Assembly: GCA_026023565.1 (NCBI GenBank)
Contig: JAPETS010000047.1
Span: forward strand, 1 to 64,000
Source of the DNA: Cirrosporium novae-zelandiae
Taxonomy: Eukaryota
Direction: 5' to 3'
DNA length: 64,000 bases
A program made the translations under genes and the position numbers. This document shows positions 63,582 through 64,000 of this stretch, piece by piece. Numbering within the stretch: position 1 is the first letter of the stretch; the number at the start of each line of letters is the position of its first letter. The notes below the pieces were generated by a model. The model saw only the letters and a list, made by a program, of their open reading frames with translations, had not been told where the DNA came from and searched no databases.

Positions 63582-64000
63582 CTAGTTCTTCTTGATGTTG
63601 CACTTAGCCAAGCAGTTATCGATGCCCAAAGCAACATTAGGTGGGATCTGGCCCCTGAAGTCCTCGATATCAGCACCATTAAGTTGCTTTGGGAACCCAA
63701 GAGTAGCATTAACGACGTTGGCATTCAACCCGAAAAAGTTCTGAGCAATCTGGCTGACGCCTGGGTCGTTGCTATCGAGGGCGGCGACGAAGATGGCCTC
63801 CTCACAGTTGGGGTTCACCTGGAAGTGTATGCTGCCCATAGGGAAGATGGTGGCCTGGAATTTGGTGAGGGTGGTGTTGATTTCGTTGGTGAAACCGTTT
63901 TCAAGGATGAAGCCGGTGTCTAGGGCGCCCTGGATAACGGTGAGGAATTCGGTGGCGCGCGGGTGTATGTGCGGGGTGTTGATGCCGCAGGGGTTGAGGA
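63582..64000 (-). CDS. Spherulin-1/germin-like cupin, 3' part (5' end lies beyond the window)
   Basis: PCGINTPHIHPRATEF at the window edge, then GFILENGF, FPMGSIHFQVNP and AALDSNDPG. Confidence 0.9.
   Translation of the reverse strand, partial: LNPCGINTPHIHPRATEFLTVIQGALDTGFILENGFTNEINTTLTKFQATIFPMGSIHFQVNPNCEEAIFVAALDSNDPGVSQIAQNFFGLNANVVNATLGFPKQLNGADIEDFRGQIPPNVALGIDNCLAKCNIKKN

Overview
This is eukaryotic DNA from a filamentous ascomycete (short GT-AG/GC-AG introns, a dispersed 5S rRNA gene, a Zn2Cys6 regulator, and CpA->TpA-type damage resembling RIP). Conserved-looking genes: an FNIP/Lst4-like protein, PDX3, a GH125 mannosidase, a copper amine oxidase, a sugar porter, a GH3 beta-glucosidase and a spherulin-like cupin. 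These alternate with accessory blocks holding two NLR-like pseudogenes (Goodbye-NACHT-TPR and PNP-NACHT-ANK), three kinase remnants and solo LTRs. Two loci stand out. (1) At 22-38 kb is a putative nitrogen/amide catabolic cluster: ACS-family MFS, Zn2Cys6 TF, a 5-oxoprolinase paralog with altered substrate-side motifs, a secreted CrtC/AttH-fold protein, an intronless bacterial-type M19 'dipeptidase' missing canonical metal ligands, and a second ACS MFS. (2) At 43-49 kb, a PNP-NACHT-ankyrin NLR remnant is followed by two convergent nucleotidyltransferase-fold genes; one is intact and carries an AbiEii/MenT (DUF1814)-like toxin motif set, suggesting a possible nucleotide-based fungal defence module. 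All family assignments come from motif recognition by eye; no database searches were run.
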